Shown here in pieces: positions 49,628 through 50,788 of a DNA stretch of 50,788 nt (position 1 is its first letter; each line of letters opens with the position of its first letter). The notes beneath the pieces were generated by a model, which saw only the letters and a list, made by a program, of their open reading frames with translations, was not told the origin of the DNA and made no database searches. Origin of the DNA: Lama guanicoe (Eukaryota); assembly GCA_013239625.1 (NCBI GenBank), contig MU053811.1:10823-61610 (forward strand). Direction: 5' to 3'. A program made the translations under genes and the position numbers.

Positions 49628-50391
49628 ATGCAGAAGTTTTTATACCTTCACAGACATTTCAGTCTTGCAGAGAGAAAAATTTCTTTGCATTTTGCTGAAC
49701 TTGACCGGGTGGCTTTAGCGAATATGGTCCAGGCCTCCAGAGGTGAATACACATCCAAACCTGAACCATTTGAATGTCTGCAAGAATTTAAGAGTCTAGA
49801 ATGTCAGATCTGGAGTATAACTCTGGTGAATGACATCAGTGACTGGACTCAAGAATACTCCATTTGAGTGCAAAACCTTTCATAAGCCAAAAAAGGCATT
49901 GAAATTGTGGCAAAGCCAGAGGCTTTTTTGTGCCACATATGGCCACAAACCCATGGGGACAACCACAGGCCTTCTGGAGTGCCAAGGGAATTCCATGTGA
50001 GGAGTCCAGCACTCACAGGAATCCAGTAAGTCCCTGCCAGCCAGAGCACCTTCATTGCTACTGTGCTGTTTTGAGCAAATGTCTTTTCAACAAGTTCAAA
50101 TTGGTTTGTTGGGTTTTTTTGCATAAAAAAAATCAAACAACTTCTTGTTCCCTTGGTGAAAGTAAAAGCCTAACATTTTCTGATTTCTTTTGACAGAGGA
50201 AACATGAGCCTGTGAATCTAACCTCATCTGTGATGGTCTACAGCTGGGAGCAACCAGATCAGTGTCAGTCCCCTTGAAGCCACTGGCTGGGAGCCTGCAT
50301 ATTACCTGGAATGATATTTGAAACATGTCACACTAGCCGTGCCTTCGCTGTGGGCTGGGAGGCGAGTCAGTCAGAATCTGCATTATGGAAT
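49628..50391 (+). other. Two candidate exons (49628-50025 and 50197-50391) of an unidentified gene, non-coding or disabled
   Basis: tttttgtAG|..CCA|GTAAGT; 171-nt intron with CTAAC branch point and ttttctgatttcttttgacAG; AAT|GTATGT; all frames contain stops. Confidence 0.4.
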
Positions 50392-50788
50392 GTATGTTTC
50401 AGATCCACAGCTAGGAGATCTTTTTTAATAGCCAGAGAATGTAGTCATAAATATATCTATTAATGTATTTATGTAAGAACTGTTTTAAAGATTTTTTTTN
50501 NNNNNNNNNNNNNNNNNNNNNNNNNNNNNNNNNNNNNNNNNNNNNNNNNNNNNNNNNNNNNNNNNNNNNNNNNNNNNNNNNNNNNNNNNNNNNNNNNNNN
50601 NNNNNNNNNNNNNNNNNNNNNNNNNNNNNNNNNNNNNNNNNNNNNNNNNNNNNNNNNNNNNATGGCTGTTTTATATTGAACAGATATGTAAATAGTCCTA
50701 GGTTTCAGAAATTTATAAAATTGTCATTGCAATGCCACTGCAAAGAATATTTTGGTGTTTCTATTTTTAGTTACTAATTTGATTTGGA

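Overview
Mammalian genomic DNA, most likely camelid (tRNA-derived Vic-1-like SINEs and camelid-type L1 3' ends; inferred), from a gapped short-read assembly. No intact known gene was found. The window looks like a duplication mosaic. It carries the last coding exon of MRAP2 with a premature stop (minus, 1.4-1.7 kb) and a GC-rich tandem array of about 13 x ~160-bp monomers with ~480-bp trimer periodicity (3.1-5.15 kb). An unprocessed POFUT2 fragment (CpG promoter, exons 1-2, disabled) lies at 14.5-16.7 kb. A three-exon RALGDS-like pseudogene lacking the GEF domain and ending in a hydrophobic tail lies at minus 34.6-36.2 kb, inside a ~3.63-kb tandem duplication whose second copy is cut by two inverted LTR halves. 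A second CpG island at 40.2-41.1 kb contains the same monomer as the array. Several unidentified exon-like segments and many L1, L2, MIR and DNA-transposon remnants fill the rest. Gene and repeat identities come from recalled sequences, not database searches.
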